Part shown: positions 27,923 through 37,300 of the stretch, piece by piece
Layout: each line of letters begins with the position of its first letter
Numbering within the stretch: position 1 is the first letter of the stretch
NCBI GenBank assembly: GCA_040219255.1
Contig: JAVJSW010000060.1
Span: 128,001-192,000 of the forward strand
Reading direction: 5' to 3'
DNA: 64,000 bases
Source: Sumerlaeia bacterium
GTDB taxonomy: Bacteria > Sumerlaeota > Sumerlaeia > SLMS01 > JAHLLQ01
The notes under the pieces: model-generated
Databases searched by the model: none
What the model was told of the DNA's origin: nothing
What the model saw: the letters and a program-made list of their open reading frames with translations, nothing else
Made by a program: the position numbers and the translations under genes

Positions 27923-29557
27923 ATGCTCAAACGCTATTCTCCCCACCTTCTCGCCGCTGCTTCCGCCTGCTTCCTCGCGACAGGCGCTTTGGCGCAGACC
28001 CAGATCCAGGGCGTTGACGCCTTCGTGACGGGCGACTTCTTCGACGGCGCCGACGATTTCGGTCCCGGATCGGCCGAGGGCCCCGGCGCCACCGTCGCTG
28101 AAACCCAGGTCGTGGACGACGGATCGGGTAACGACGCCGTTGCCGGTGACGACATCTTCACCGCCACGATGGCGGTCGAGGACTTCACCGAAGCCAATGT
28201 TGACGACGTGTTCTCTTGGAAGATCGCCAGCAACGGCTTCTCCCCTGTCAACACCCCCGATGCCGGTTTCGACAACCTTGCCTTCATCGTTGTCCCCGGG
28301 GCCATCGACTTCTTCGTTCGCATTTCCCCCTTCAACGACGGCTTCTCGCCCGACGTGGAAGGTAACTTCAGCGACGGTTACCCCTGGACCAGCGCCTATG
28401 CGACGATGTTCACCAGCGGCAGCCTTCAGTTCACCGGTGACTTCCAGTCCGAGGCTGGCTTTGGGGCCGACTTCGACGCCACCGCCGCTCCGACTCTGAC
28501 GGACTCCGGCGACGGAATCATCTACACCACGGAACTGACCGGTTTGCCCAATGGCACCTACAACGGCTTGTTCGTGACCGACAACAGCTTCGGTCCGGTC
28601 GACGTCAAGGCGCTTGGTCCGGTAACCGGTGGCTCCGGCGACATTTCTTTCTCTTCCGGTGGCACCTCGGACACGATCACGGTCGAGTTCAATGTTGAGA
28701 CGGCCCGCTTCCGCTTCACCAGCACCTCCCCGGCTCTGCCTGGTCCTCCGTTCTGGGTCGTGATCGACGACAACGTCACCACCGACACCGCTCCGTTCGA
28801 ACTTGCTGACGGCAATGGCGACGGCATCTACCAGGGAACCTTCACGATCGATACCGCCGGCACCCACACGGTTTCCGTGCGCCAGGCCACCGGCGTGAAG
28901 TACCCCGGCGGCAATGGCACTGCGGCCTACCCGTTCGAGACCACCGCTGCCAGCCAGGAAGTGACTGTCTTCTTTGACACGAACACCTACAGCGACGGCG
29001 CGAATCCGGACGGCGCCCCGCCCTCCGGCCTTGTTGAAGCCGACGGCTTCGTGGTCGTCCTCGTTGGCGCTTCCGGCGCCGCTCCCCAAACCTGGGATCG
29101 TATCCAGATCGTCGGCAACGGCATGGGCACCGTGTTCGGTTCCTCCGGCGGCGACTTCGACACCGATATCGCGGCTCTTGAACTGGTTGACGATGGCACG
29201 AATGGGGACTTGGTTTCTGGCGACGGCGTCTTTACGGCCGTCTTCACCGCCTTCTCCGGCGGCACCTTCGATCAGGTCAAGGCTGTGGGCACCCCCAGCC
29301 ACCGCACCAATCCCGCGAACCCCGGCTTCAAGTACCAACTCGGCGGCATCTCGCCGGATGGTGGCCTCTCCGTCGACGGTAACAACAACGGCTTCACCAG
29401 CCCGGTCTACGTCACTGGCCCGAACTGGTTCCAGGTCGACACGCTGACCGGCCGCCTGAGCCACGGCTCCGGCTCTGCTCCTTCCGCCGTTCCTTCCCGC
29501 GGCGACTACCAGCTCACCGAGCCCGCCTCCGCCACCAACTTCGAGCTTTACCAGTAA
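27923..29557 (+). CDS. Secreted acidic surface protein with choice-of-anchor-X-like DDG..D...GD..FTA motifs
   Basis: Signal peptide ALA|Q; DDGSGNDAVAGDDIFTA, DGNGDGIY, DDGTNGDLVSGDGVFTA; ends ASATNFELYQ; purine-rich RBS. Confidence 0.8.
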   Translation: MLKRYSPHLLAAASACFLATGALAQTQIQGVDAFVTGDFFDGADDFGPGSAEGPGATVAETQVVDDGSGNDAVAGDDIFTATMAVEDFTEANVDDVFSWKIASNGFSPVNTPDAGFDNLAFIVVPGAIDFFVRISPFNDGFSPDVEGNFSDGYPWTSAYATMFTSGSLQFTGDFQSEAGFGADFDATAAPTLTDSGDGIIYTTELTGLPNGTYNGLFVTDNSFGPVDVKALGPVTGGSGDISFSSGGTSDTITVEFNVETARFRFTSTSPALPGPPFWVVIDDNVTTDTAPFELADGNGDGIYQGTFTIDTAGTHTVSVRQATGVKYPGGNGTAAYPFETTAASQEVTVFFDTNTYSDGANPDGAPPSGLVEADGFVVVLVGASGAAPQTWDRIQIVGNGMGTVFGSSGGDFDTDIAALELVDDGTNGDLVSGDGVFTAVFTAFSGGTFDQVKAVGTPSHRTNPANPGFKYQLGGISPDGGLSVDGNNNGFTSPVYVTGPNWFQVDTLTGRLSHGSGSAPSAVPSRGDYQLTEPASATNFELYQ

Positions 29558-29621
29558 GACTCGAAGCCCCCTGGCGCCGGAATCCCCTCGGGGAGACCGG
29601 AGGTCCTCTTAGCTAACCACC

Positions 29622-29660
29622 CGCGCCTCCATCGTCACGATGGAGGCGCGATGGTTTTTT
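29622..29660 (+). terminator. Rho-independent terminator
   Basis: CGCGCCTCCATCG-TCA-CGATGGAGGCGCG perfect 13-bp stem, then ATGGTTTTTT. Confidence 0.85.
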
Positions 29661-29778
29661 ACACGCTGGCGGACAAACGCGAGAATTGATTTGCCGCAAG
29701 CGAACCATCTCCCGTTTCATGACCTACGCTTCCCCGGCTCCAATGCGGCGTGGCAGGCTGCCATCGAGGTTTCGACGC

Positions 29779-30762
29779 ATGTCTTCTCAGTCCTCCAATC
29801 CTTCCAGCCAAATGGTCAGCCTGCGCGTGGCGCGCCTGATCGTGGTGGAACCGGACGAGAACGACTACATTCTGTTCAACACCGTGGCGAAGGAGGTGGC
29901 GGGCCTGCGGGTGCAGGTGTCCTGGGCGGATCATTCGGGGGTGGGGATGAAGGCCATCGGACGGGGAAACCACGATGTGTGCCTCATCGCCGACGCGCAG
30001 GAGGGCGGGCTGACGGGAACCGGCATGATCCGCAGCCTGGTCGCCGAGCGGGTGCGTGGTCCCTACATTCTGCTGTCGCGCGGCGCCCTGCCGGAGGACG
30101 ACGTGGCGGCGTTCAAGGCGGGGGCGGCGGCGATTCTCGACAAAGACGAAATCACGCCCCGCATGCTCGAGCGCACGCTGCGCGCGGTGGCTTATCATCA
30201 GCGCGCCCTAGACCGCCTCGAAATGTCTTCGCAGCGCGACGATCTGACGGGGCTTCTGAACCGCCGCGGCTTCTTTCTGGCGACGCGTCTACTGAGCGAG
30301 GAGGCCGGCCGTCTCGACAAATTCCTGGGGGTGCTGGCGATTCACCTCCACGGCATGGTGGCCGTTGAGGACGAATTCGGCCGCGAGGGCACGAAAAAGA
30401 TCTACAAGGGGATGGCGCGCACATTGAGTTCGACGTTGCGGACCGATGACGCGATCGCGCGGCTGGATTCCGGCAGCCGATTCGCGATCACGGCCCAGGT
30501 GGCCGACGAGGAGCAATTCCAGCGGCTCGTGGGGCGCCTGCGTATTCGGCTCCAGGAGTGGCTCTCGCGCACGGCGGAGGGCGAAGGTGTGTCGTTTTCG
30601 ATGGGCTCCGCCTGCTACGATCCAGATGTGCCCCGGCACCTGATGGAGGTGCTGTCGGAGGCGGAGGGCGATATGACCGACGATCCCGCCAAACGCCGTT
30701 TCAGCGCTCTGGGCGGCTTTGAGGAGCGCCGTGGCGACGGCCGCGAGCCCACCAGCCGCTGA
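29779..30762 (+). CDS. Receiver-like + degenerate GGDEF domain protein
   Basis: DDLTGLLNRRGF; RTDDAIARLDSGSRF where RxxD...RxGGDEF is expected; S.SMG.A. Confidence 0.8.
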   Translation: MSSQSSNPSSQMVSLRVARLIVVEPDENDYILFNTVAKEVAGLRVQVSWADHSGVGMKAIGRGNHDVCLIADAQEGGLTGTGMIRSLVAERVRGPYILLSRGALPEDDVAAFKAGAAAILDKDEITPRMLERTLRAVAYHQRALDRLEMSSQRDDLTGLLNRRGFFLATRLLSEEAGRLDKFLGVLAIHLHGMVAVEDEFGREGTKKIYKGMARTLSSTLRTDDAIARLDSGSRFAITAQVADEEQFQRLVGRLRIRLQEWLSRTAEGEGVSFSMGSACYDPDVPRHLMEVLSEAEGDMTDDPAKRRFSALGGFEERRGDGREPTSR

Positions 30763-30774
30763 GGCCCCGCCGCC

Positions 30775-31413
30775 TCATTCTTCCGCCACTTCGCCGATCA
30801 CTTCCCAGACCACTTCCGGTTCGAAACCGCGGCGCATCAGGTAACTGGCGGCGGCGGCTTTTCGTTTCACCGGGTCGTCGGGCTTGCTGCGGCGATTCCA
30901 TTTCTCAAGAAGCGCGCGGGCGGATTGGACCTGATGCGGCCGGTCCTCGGCGGGCGAGAGAGCTTCCTCGATAATGGCGGGGGCGATGCCGCGCTGCTGC
31001 AGCTCCTGGCGCACGAGACGGGGGCCCTTGTCGCGGCGGGCGACGCGCTGGTCGACAAAGAGGCGGGCGTAGGCTTCGTCGTCCAGGTGCCCGAGTTCAT
31101 CGAGGCGGGCCAGGGTGGCTTCGATGGTGGCGGGCGAGAAGCGGCGCTGGCGCAGGGCCTGCTCCAATTCGCGGACGCTGCGGGGGCGCAGGGCGAGGAG
31201 GTCCCAGGCTTTGCTGCGGCATCGCAGGCTTTCGTCTTCGCGCCGAAGCTCGGAAACCTTTTCGGCGCTCAGCGTGTCTCCTTTGCGCAGAGCGGCGGCG
31301 GCGATGACTTCGGCGCCCAGTTCCAGGGCCTCGGCGAGTTCGGGTTCGAGTTCGAGGACAAAGCGTGTCTTGGCGCGACCCTTGGGCTTGATCTGGACAA
31401 TCTGGTAAGACAC
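30775..31413 (-). CDS. recX: Regulatory protein RecX
   Basis: LLALRPRSVREL, GHLDDEAYA, GPRLVRQELQQRGI, YLMRRGF; GTG start chosen at 31413. Confidence 0.9.
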   Translation of the reverse strand: MSYQIVQIKPKGRAKTRFVLELEPELAEALELGAEVIAAAALRKGDTLSAEKVSELRREDESLRCRSKAWDLLALRPRSVRELEQALRQRRFSPATIEATLARLDELGHLDDEAYARLFVDQRVARRDKGPRLVRQELQQRGIAPAIIEEALSPAEDRPHQVQSARALLEKWNRRSKPDDPVKRKAAAASYLMRRGFEPEVVWEVIGEVAEE

Positions 31414-31563
31414 GGTTGGGGTTCGCTTCCTGGGTTGGCGTTTCGAGAGATTTTCGCTCAACCCGGGCTCTTCGCGCAAGTCCAAGGCGGGCTCATGTCC
31501 CAGAATCGGCACCTCAAGAAACTTCCTCCGCCGCCCACAAGGCGGTCTTCCTCCACGCGCCGC

Positions 31564-34500
31564 ATGGCGCGGCGGGTTTTCCGTCGCCTGCGGGTGTATG
31601 TCCCGGTGGCGCTGTTGCTCGTGTTGGGGATGTTGGTGCTGCTGCCGCTGTCACCGCCATGGCTGGCGCGCAAGGTCGAGTCGGAACTCCGCCGCCAGAC
31701 CGGATTGCCGATCGAGGTGGGGGCAGTGGGAGTCCACGTCGCAGAGAGCAACGCGGGCGTTTCGGGGTTGCGTCTGGCAGCCGATGACCCGGCGGGCGAA
31801 CCTTTCGAAATCGGCGAAGTCCGCGCGGAGCTTTCCTATCGCCGTTTGATCGCGGGAGAGACGCCGTGGCTGGCCGAGGTCCGGGTGGCCGACGTGTCGG
31901 AGTTGCGGCTGGAGCAGCAGGCGGACGGCCGGATCGTGGCGCGCGGACCGCTGAGCGCCCTGATCGACGCAGTTCGCCGCCTCTCGCCCGAGCCGTCCTC
32001 GCAAGAGGTCCGGCCCGATCTTTGGGAGGCACTTCGTCATCCGACGCCGATGATTTCCCTTCGCGGCTTGCGCTTCGCCGGGGTGCCTTTCTCGGATCGG
32101 CTGCCGCCACTGACGGTAACTCTCAACGAACTGGAGATCGCGCGCCGCTCCAGCGCCTCGGAGCCGCTGACGGCGCACTTCACCGGCGTCGCCATCGCCG
32201 GCAGCGCCGAGCCGATCCGGGGCACGCTCCGCCTCTTGCCGTTGGACAGGCAGGCGGCGCTGCGGCTCGACATCGCCGGCATTCGGGTGCCGCTTTTCAT
32301 CCCGGGCTTCGGGGAAATCGAAGCCGCCAGCCGCGAGATCGAGGTCCTCCTCTCCATCGACGAGACAACGTCGGGACCGCTCTTCGTGCAGGCCGATCTG
32401 CAACTCTCGCAGTTCTCCCTGACCGAATCGCGCCTCGGCGGCGAGCGCTGGGACGAGGACAAATTGAGCCTGCGCGTCACCGGTCTGATCGATCCGGCTC
32501 GGGGGGTCTTCGAAGTTCAGCGGGTGGCGTTGCTGGGCGAAGGCATCGCCCTCGACGCCCGGGGAGAGATCACCCTGGCGGAGGGTTTGCCGGGGTCGGC
32601 GCAGCTGCAGATCCGCCGCCTGCCGCCGGGCGTCCTGCGCATCGGGCGCGAGCAGGCGGCCCTGGCGGGTCTCGCCATCGAACCGGTGCCAGGGACCACG
32701 CCGACGCTGGCCCTGGCGATGGAAGCCAGCGGCCCCTTTGGCGATCCACTGAACCTGACGATGAAAGGCGCGGTGGAGGCCGCCGGTTGGCAGATTTCCC
32801 AGCCCACATGGCTCCTGCCGCTCGTACTGCGCGATGCGCGGGGAACCATTCAGAGCAGCCCCGAGGCGGTGTCCGTGGACTTCTCCACGCTGGACGTGCG
32901 GCTGGGCCGGCTGGAGGCCGCGGCGAAACTCTCCATTCCCCTGGCCCTGGCGGAAGACGCCCGCACTACGGCCTCACTCGAGATTTCCGCCCGGGGCGAA
33001 CCGCAGGAGTTGATCGAGACGTTGCGTTCGCTTCAGATCATGCCGGTGGCACTCGAGAGTCTGACGATGCCGCTGACGTTGTTCGCGCGGGGCGAACTCC
33101 CGCTCCAGCGGCGCCGCGGCGCCTTTCTGCCTTGGCTGCCCAACGTCAGCCATTTCTTCTCCACCGGCGATTTCAGTCTTTCCTGGGGCCGGGGGAATGT
33201 GGCTTTGCGCGACCTGCCCACGTCCCTCGCCATGGAACCGGGCAGTGTGGTGCTCGATGGCGGGGAACTGCGGCTCCAGGGGATCGGTGTGGGCTATGGC
33301 GACCTCGCCCTGCGCGGCGGTTTTCGCATCGCGCCTCGCGATTGGTCGACGCTTCCGCTGTTCGGCCTCGCGGATTTCGAAGGGCAACTGTACGCCGATG
33401 GACCTGTACCGGAAATCGTCCAATTGGCGTCGCGCTTCGCCGATTTGCCGCCCCTGCTGGGCGGGGCGGAAGGCCTCCTTCGCGCTACGGTCTCGGCCCA
33501 GGGCCGCTACTGGCTCCCGGCGAGGCGGCTGGATTTGAACGACTACTCGGTCGACGCGAGCCTCGCCGATGGCCGCGTGGTGCTGCCTCTGCCCGATGCG
33601 GCCCTTGCGATCGACGATTTCGGATTCCAACTCGCGGCCGGGCCCGGCGGCGCCAGCATCCGATCCATCGAGGCGAAAATCCAAGGAGGCTCGGAACTGA
33701 CCGCCGAGGTGACCGCCGGACGCGACGCCATCGCCGTCGATTTCGCTGTCGATGGACCGGTGGCTTTGGCCGAGACGCTCTTTCCCTACGATCTGCGGGA
33801 CTTCGAAATCACGGGGACGGCAAAGGCGGAGGGCCGCGCCACATTGACCGCCACGAAGGCGCTGCCGCGGGGCCGGGACGTTCTGCGGCAATGGGCGGCG
33901 GCTTTCGCCCAGCCCCGGGACTACGGCCTTGGCATCGCGGCCGACGCGCCGCTGCGGATCGAGGCCAGCGGCCTCCTCAAGGCCGGGCCGGGGGTTTCCT
34001 TTACCCATCGGGACTTGCCCAATCCGGTCCGCGATATCCGCGGAGAAGTCGCCTTCGATCACAATGGCCTCTACTTTCGCGGAACGCGCGCCGACATCGG
34101 CAGCTCGAAGAACCTCTCGGTCAATGGCTCCCTGGCTTTCGGTCATGTGAAGGGGTACTCCGAACTGATCCTCGATGCGGAGGCGGATTATCTCGACATC
34201 AACGAGTGGATGTTTGGGTGGGGCGAGCAATCGTACGCCGAACGCCCTCGCCCCTCGCGGATGCGGCGGCCCTGGTTGCCCGGCCACGACCCGCGGCGGA
34301 TGTTCCGGCTGGACCTGAGCGCGCAGGTCGGCGAGACGCTGTTTCTGAAGGTGCCGGCCCAAAACGCGGTGGCGAACCTGCGCTACGAATTCTGGTTCGG
34401 CCGGCCTAACACGCTCGAACTGAGCCGCGTGCAAGCCGAACTCTACGGCGGCCGGATCGAAGGCGAGGGGAACATCGGGTTTCCCGTGGATTGGCGCGAG

Positions 34501-35148
34501 ATGGCGGACTTCGACCTCATCGCGTCCGTTTGGGATGCTCAGGCTCAAGGGTTTCTGCGAGACATTTCCGAGAGCGGCGACATCGACTTTCGCGGGCTCT
34601 TCAATACTGAGAATGCGATTCTGCGGGGCAAGATCGGCGATTTCGCCACCTGGACCGGCCAGGGCGATTTCACGATCCGCCGCAGCAACATGATCGGATC
34701 GGTGACGCTGCGCCAACTGATGGGGGCGCTGAATCTGTGGCGGGGCGAAATCGAGCCGACCACGATCAGCGGTTCCGTTCTGGTCAGCGAATTGGTGGCG
34801 CGGTTTCCGGAAGTGCGCGCCGAAACCGAGCAGGTGCAACTGATTGGCGATGGCGCCGTGGATTTCAACGGCCGGCTGGACTTCATCGTGCGGGCCTATC
34901 TGCTGGCGAACCGGCTGGAGGGCGTGCCGTTGCTGGGCCGCGTCAGCGATCTCGCCAGCCGTCTCGGCGACCGCCTGGTGAAGTATCAGGTGACGGGGAC
35001 GCTGGGCGACTTCGAAGTCCGCACCGTGCCTCTGGGCATGGAAGACCGCGACCCGGTGGCGCCGGAGACGCTGTCGGCGGAAGAAGCCCGCGAAAGCGGC
35101 CGGGGCGTTCTCGGCCGAGGCTTGCGTTTCGCGGTGAAACGGGAGTAA
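31564..35148 (+). CDS. Large AsmA-like (YhdP/TamB-type) envelope protein
   Basis: Single N-terminal TM anchor, about 1190 aa of amphipathic beta-strands, AsmA_2-like C-terminus (G.G.VDFNGRLDF...YQVTGTL). The ORF-track start at 30925 overlaps recX; 31495 is also possible. Confidence 0.75.
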   Translation: MARRVFRRLRVYVPVALLLVLGMLVLLPLSPPWLARKVESELRRQTGLPIEVGAVGVHVAESNAGVSGLRLAADDPAGEPFEIGEVRAELSYRRLIAGETPWLAEVRVADVSELRLEQQADGRIVARGPLSALIDAVRRLSPEPSSQEVRPDLWEALRHPTPMISLRGLRFAGVPFSDRLPPLTVTLNELEIARRSSASEPLTAHFTGVAIAGSAEPIRGTLRLLPLDRQAALRLDIAGIRVPLFIPGFGEIEAASREIEVLLSIDETTSGPLFVQADLQLSQFSLTESRLGGERWDEDKLSLRVTGLIDPARGVFEVQRVALLGEGIALDARGEITLAEGLPGSAQLQIRRLPPGVLRIGREQAALAGLAIEPVPGTTPTLALAMEASGPFGDPLNLTMKGAVEAAGWQISQPTWLLPLVLRDARGTIQSSPEAVSVDFSTLDVRLGRLEAAAKLSIPLALAEDARTTASLEISARGEPQELIETLRSLQIMPVALESLTMPLTLFARGELPLQRRRGAFLPWLPNVSHFFSTGDFSLSWGRGNVALRDLPTSLAMEPGSVVLDGGELRLQGIGVGYGDLALRGGFRIAPRDWSTLPLFGLADFEGQLYADGPVPEIVQLASRFADLPPLLGGAEGLLRATVSAQGRYWLPARRLDLNDYSVDASLADGRVVLPLPDAALAIDDFGFQLAAGPGGASIRSIEAKIQGGSELTAEVTAGRDAIAVDFAVDGPVALAETLFPYDLRDFEITGTAKAEGRATLTATKALPRGRDVLRQWAAAFAQPRDYGLGIAADAPLRIEASGLLKAGPGVSFTHRDLPNPVRDIRGEVAFDHNGLYFRGTRADIGSSKNLSVNGSLAFGHVKGYSELILDAEADYLDINEWMFGWGEQSYAERPRPSRMRRPWLPGHDPRRMFRLDLSAQVGETLFLKVPAQNAVANLRYEFWFGRPNTLELSRVQAELYGGRIEGEGNIGFPVDWREMADFDLIASVWDAQAQGFLRDISESGDIDFRGLFNTENAILRGKIGDFATWTGQGDFTIRRSNMIGSVTLRQLMGALNLWRGEIEPTTISGSVLVSELVARFPEVRAETEQVQLIGDGAVDFNGRLDFIVRAYLLANRLEGVPLLGRVSDLASRLGDRLVKYQVTGTLGDFEVRTVPLGMEDRDPVAPETLSAEEARESGRGVLGRGLRFAVKRE

Positions 35149-35206
35149 CCGCGACTCCTCGCCGGTCAGGAACGCTGCGCCTGATCCTTCGGCAGACGAT
35201 TATTTG

Positions 35207-35234
35207 GCCACAGATGGCGCAGAGCCACGCAGAT
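35207..35234 (+). repeat. Unpaired ~9-nt-period repeat (CRCAGA type)
   Basis: GCCACAGATGGCGCAGAGCCACGCAGAT between convergent genes. Confidence 0.45.
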
Positions 35235-35279
35235 GGAGATGAGCACGTGATGCAGACAGAATCAGGGAAACCACTGACT

Positions 35280-35753
35280 CTACACCGCGAACTGCGTCAG
35301 GTGATGGTCGAAGTGCCGGCCGTGGAAGACGCACCACTGCGTGATCGGCAGGACTCCGAACATGGGGTGGGGCGCCGACTTCTTGGGGTTGGCGTCGGCG
35401 AATTCGGCCCAGGCTTCCATGGTGGCGGTCAGCTTGGCGATTTCTTCGGAAAAATCGTCCTCGGCCGGCGCGGTCAGCTTGCTGGTGACTTTGATCTTGC
35501 CGCGGGGCCAGGTGAGGCGGTGGAGCAGCAGCCAGCGGATCGGGGGCAGGCTCATGACGGGATGGGGCTTTGCGGTGGGGCCGCCGCCCGGCTCCATGGT
35601 GTAGACGAGTGCGCGGCGCAAATGGGCCACCATCGTCGTGGCGTCGAGTTCGCCCCATTGGCCCCGGTGCTCGGGCGTCAGCCGATGGAGGCGGGCCGTG
35701 TAATGATCGAGGTAGGCCCGGCGAAGCGGAGGAGGAGTGGAAAACAGGACCAT
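35280..35753 (-). CDS. DinB-superfamily protein (DUF1569-like)
   Basis: QWGEL....MVAHL, HPMFG.L...QW....RHFDHHLTQF. Confidence 0.85.
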   Translation of the reverse strand: MVLFSTPPPLRRAYLDHYTARLHRLTPEHRGQWGELDATTMVAHLRRALVYTMEPGGGPTAKPHPVMSLPPIRWLLLHRLTWPRGKIKVTSKLTAPAEDDFSEEIAKLTATMEAWAEFADANPKKSAPHPMFGVLPITQWCVFHGRHFDHHLTQFAV

Positions 35754-35791
35754 AGAAAAACCTGGGAAGGGAAGACGGTTGGACCTGAGGC

Positions 35792-36205
35792 TTAGGAGGA
35801 GGCCGCTCCGCCGCCGCTGCTGGCCATGGCGCGATCGACGACATCGAGGAGATCGGGGATCTTGAAGGGCTTGGTGAGGTATTCGAAGGCGCCTTCGCGG
35901 ATGACTTCCAGGTAGATCTCCATGTCTGTGAAGGCGGTGATCATGACGACCTTCAGGCCCGGGCGGAGCTGGCGCGCCTCGCGCAACACCTCGATGCCGT
36001 CTTTGCCTGGCATGCGGATGTCGGTGATCAGCAGATCGCAGGAGACGCCGTTGCGCAGATAATCGACCGCGTCCTGGCCGTGTTGGGCGGTGGTGACGGA
36101 GAAGCCTTCGCGCGTCAGGACTTTGGACAGCAGGGCGCGCATCTCCGGGTCGTCTTCGGCCACGAGCAAGTGCAGCGTTTCGTGTTGAGTGTCCGGACTG
36201 CTCAT
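35792..36205 (-). CDS. Single-domain response regulator
   Basis: VAEDD, ITDIRMPGKDG, ITAF, YLTKPF. Confidence 0.92.
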   Translation of the reverse strand: MSSPDTQHETLHLLVAEDDPEMRALLSKVLTREGFSVTTAQHGQDAVDYLRNGVSCDLLITDIRMPGKDGIEVLREARQLRPGLKVVMITAFTDMEIYLEVIREGAFEYLTKPFKIPDLLDVVDRAMASSGGGAASS

Positions 36206-36260
36206 GAGGGAGTTGCCAGGGGGACCTTGCGTGGAATGCGAAGCGGCCGGCTCCGGATGG

Positions 36261-36473
36261 TTAGAGGCCGATCCCGGTTTCTTCGTGGGATTGGATGATA
36301 TGGCTGTTGATGAGGATCACCAGCGCTTCCGCTTCTTCCTCCGTGCAGCGGTAGGTGCGTCCGTCGATGAAGTGGATGGTCGTGTGGCTGGCATTTTCGT
36401 CTTCGTAGACTTCGATGCGGTTCACGCAATCCAGGTTGATAATCTGCGACTTCGAAAGTTTGATGAACTGCAT
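36261..36473 (-). CDS. Small hypothetical protein (FlbD-like pattern)
   Basis: MQFIKLS...INLDCV.RIE.....TTIHFIDG; co-oriented just upstream of the response regulator. Confidence 0.65.
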   Translation of the reverse strand: MQFIKLSKSQIINLDCVNRIEVYEDENASHTTIHFIDGRTYRCTEEEAEALVILINSHIIQSHEETGIGL

Positions 36474-36679
36474 GGTAAACCAGCCGTGTCCCTTGCCGTG
36501 GTGTCCGGGGAAAATCTCTAACGCCGTTAGATGGGGTCAGGAGGCGGGTTTGTAAAGAGGTTTCCAAACCGGACAGCGCCGGACCGCCTTCTCGCCCAGG
36601 CATTGACGCCGGACCGCTCTTTGCTGCATCTCTCCCCAGCTCGATCGGGCACAAGTCAAATTGCCGGAATTGTTTCCCC

Positions 36680-37300
36680 ATGTCACTCTTCGAAAAATTC
36701 AAGAAAGCCGACGCCCAGGCTCGTTCCGACGCCGACCGCACGCCGCCGGGCCAGCACCTGACCAAGGGCTTCCCGGTGCTGACCTACGGCCCCGTGCCTT
36801 CCATCCCGCAGCAGGAATGGACCTGCCGGCTGTTCGGTCTTGTCGAACGGGAAACCATGGTGACGTGGGACGAGCTGATGGCCATGCCGCAAACCACCGT
36901 CACCCGCGACATCCACTGCGTCACGACCTGGTCGAAACTCGACACCACCTGGACCGGCGTGCTGGTGCGCGATTTCCTCCAGGCCGTCGAGGACAAGGCC
37001 GGCGGCGTCGCCCCCCAGGCCACCCACGTCATGCAGCATTGCTACGGCGGCTACACGACGAACACGCCGCTGGCCGACCTGCTGGAAGAGGACGTGTTGC
37101 TGGCGCACACTTACGATGGCGAGCCCCTGGCGCAAGAGCACGGCGGGCCGGTGCGGCTAGTGCTGCCGAAGCTTTACTTCTGGAAGAGCGCCAAGTGGAT
37201 CAACGGCCTGGAGTTCCTGCCGGAGGACCGGCCCGGTTTCTGGGAACGTTACGGTTACCACAACTACGGCGATCCGTGGAGGGAAGAGCGTTTTGGTTGA
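36680..37300 (+). CDS. Sulfite oxidase-like molybdopterin-dependent oxidoreductase
   Basis: PPGQ, DIHCVTTWS, GYTTN, EHGGPVRL, YFWKSAKW, GFWE..GYH. Confidence 0.9.
   Translation: MSLFEKFKKADAQARSDADRTPPGQHLTKGFPVLTYGPVPSIPQQEWTCRLFGLVERETMVTWDELMAMPQTTVTRDIHCVTTWSKLDTTWTGVLVRDFLQAVEDKAGGVAPQATHVMQHCYGGYTTNTPLADLLEEDVLLAHTYDGEPLAQEHGGPVRLVLPKLYFWKSAKWINGLEFLPEDRPGFWERYGYHNYGDPWREERFG

Noticed and set aside
5688-35234. Dispersed repeats as a CRISPR array or integron attC sites
   Set aside because: No regular repeat-spacer array, no cas or integrase gene, and no clear attC R/L box structure
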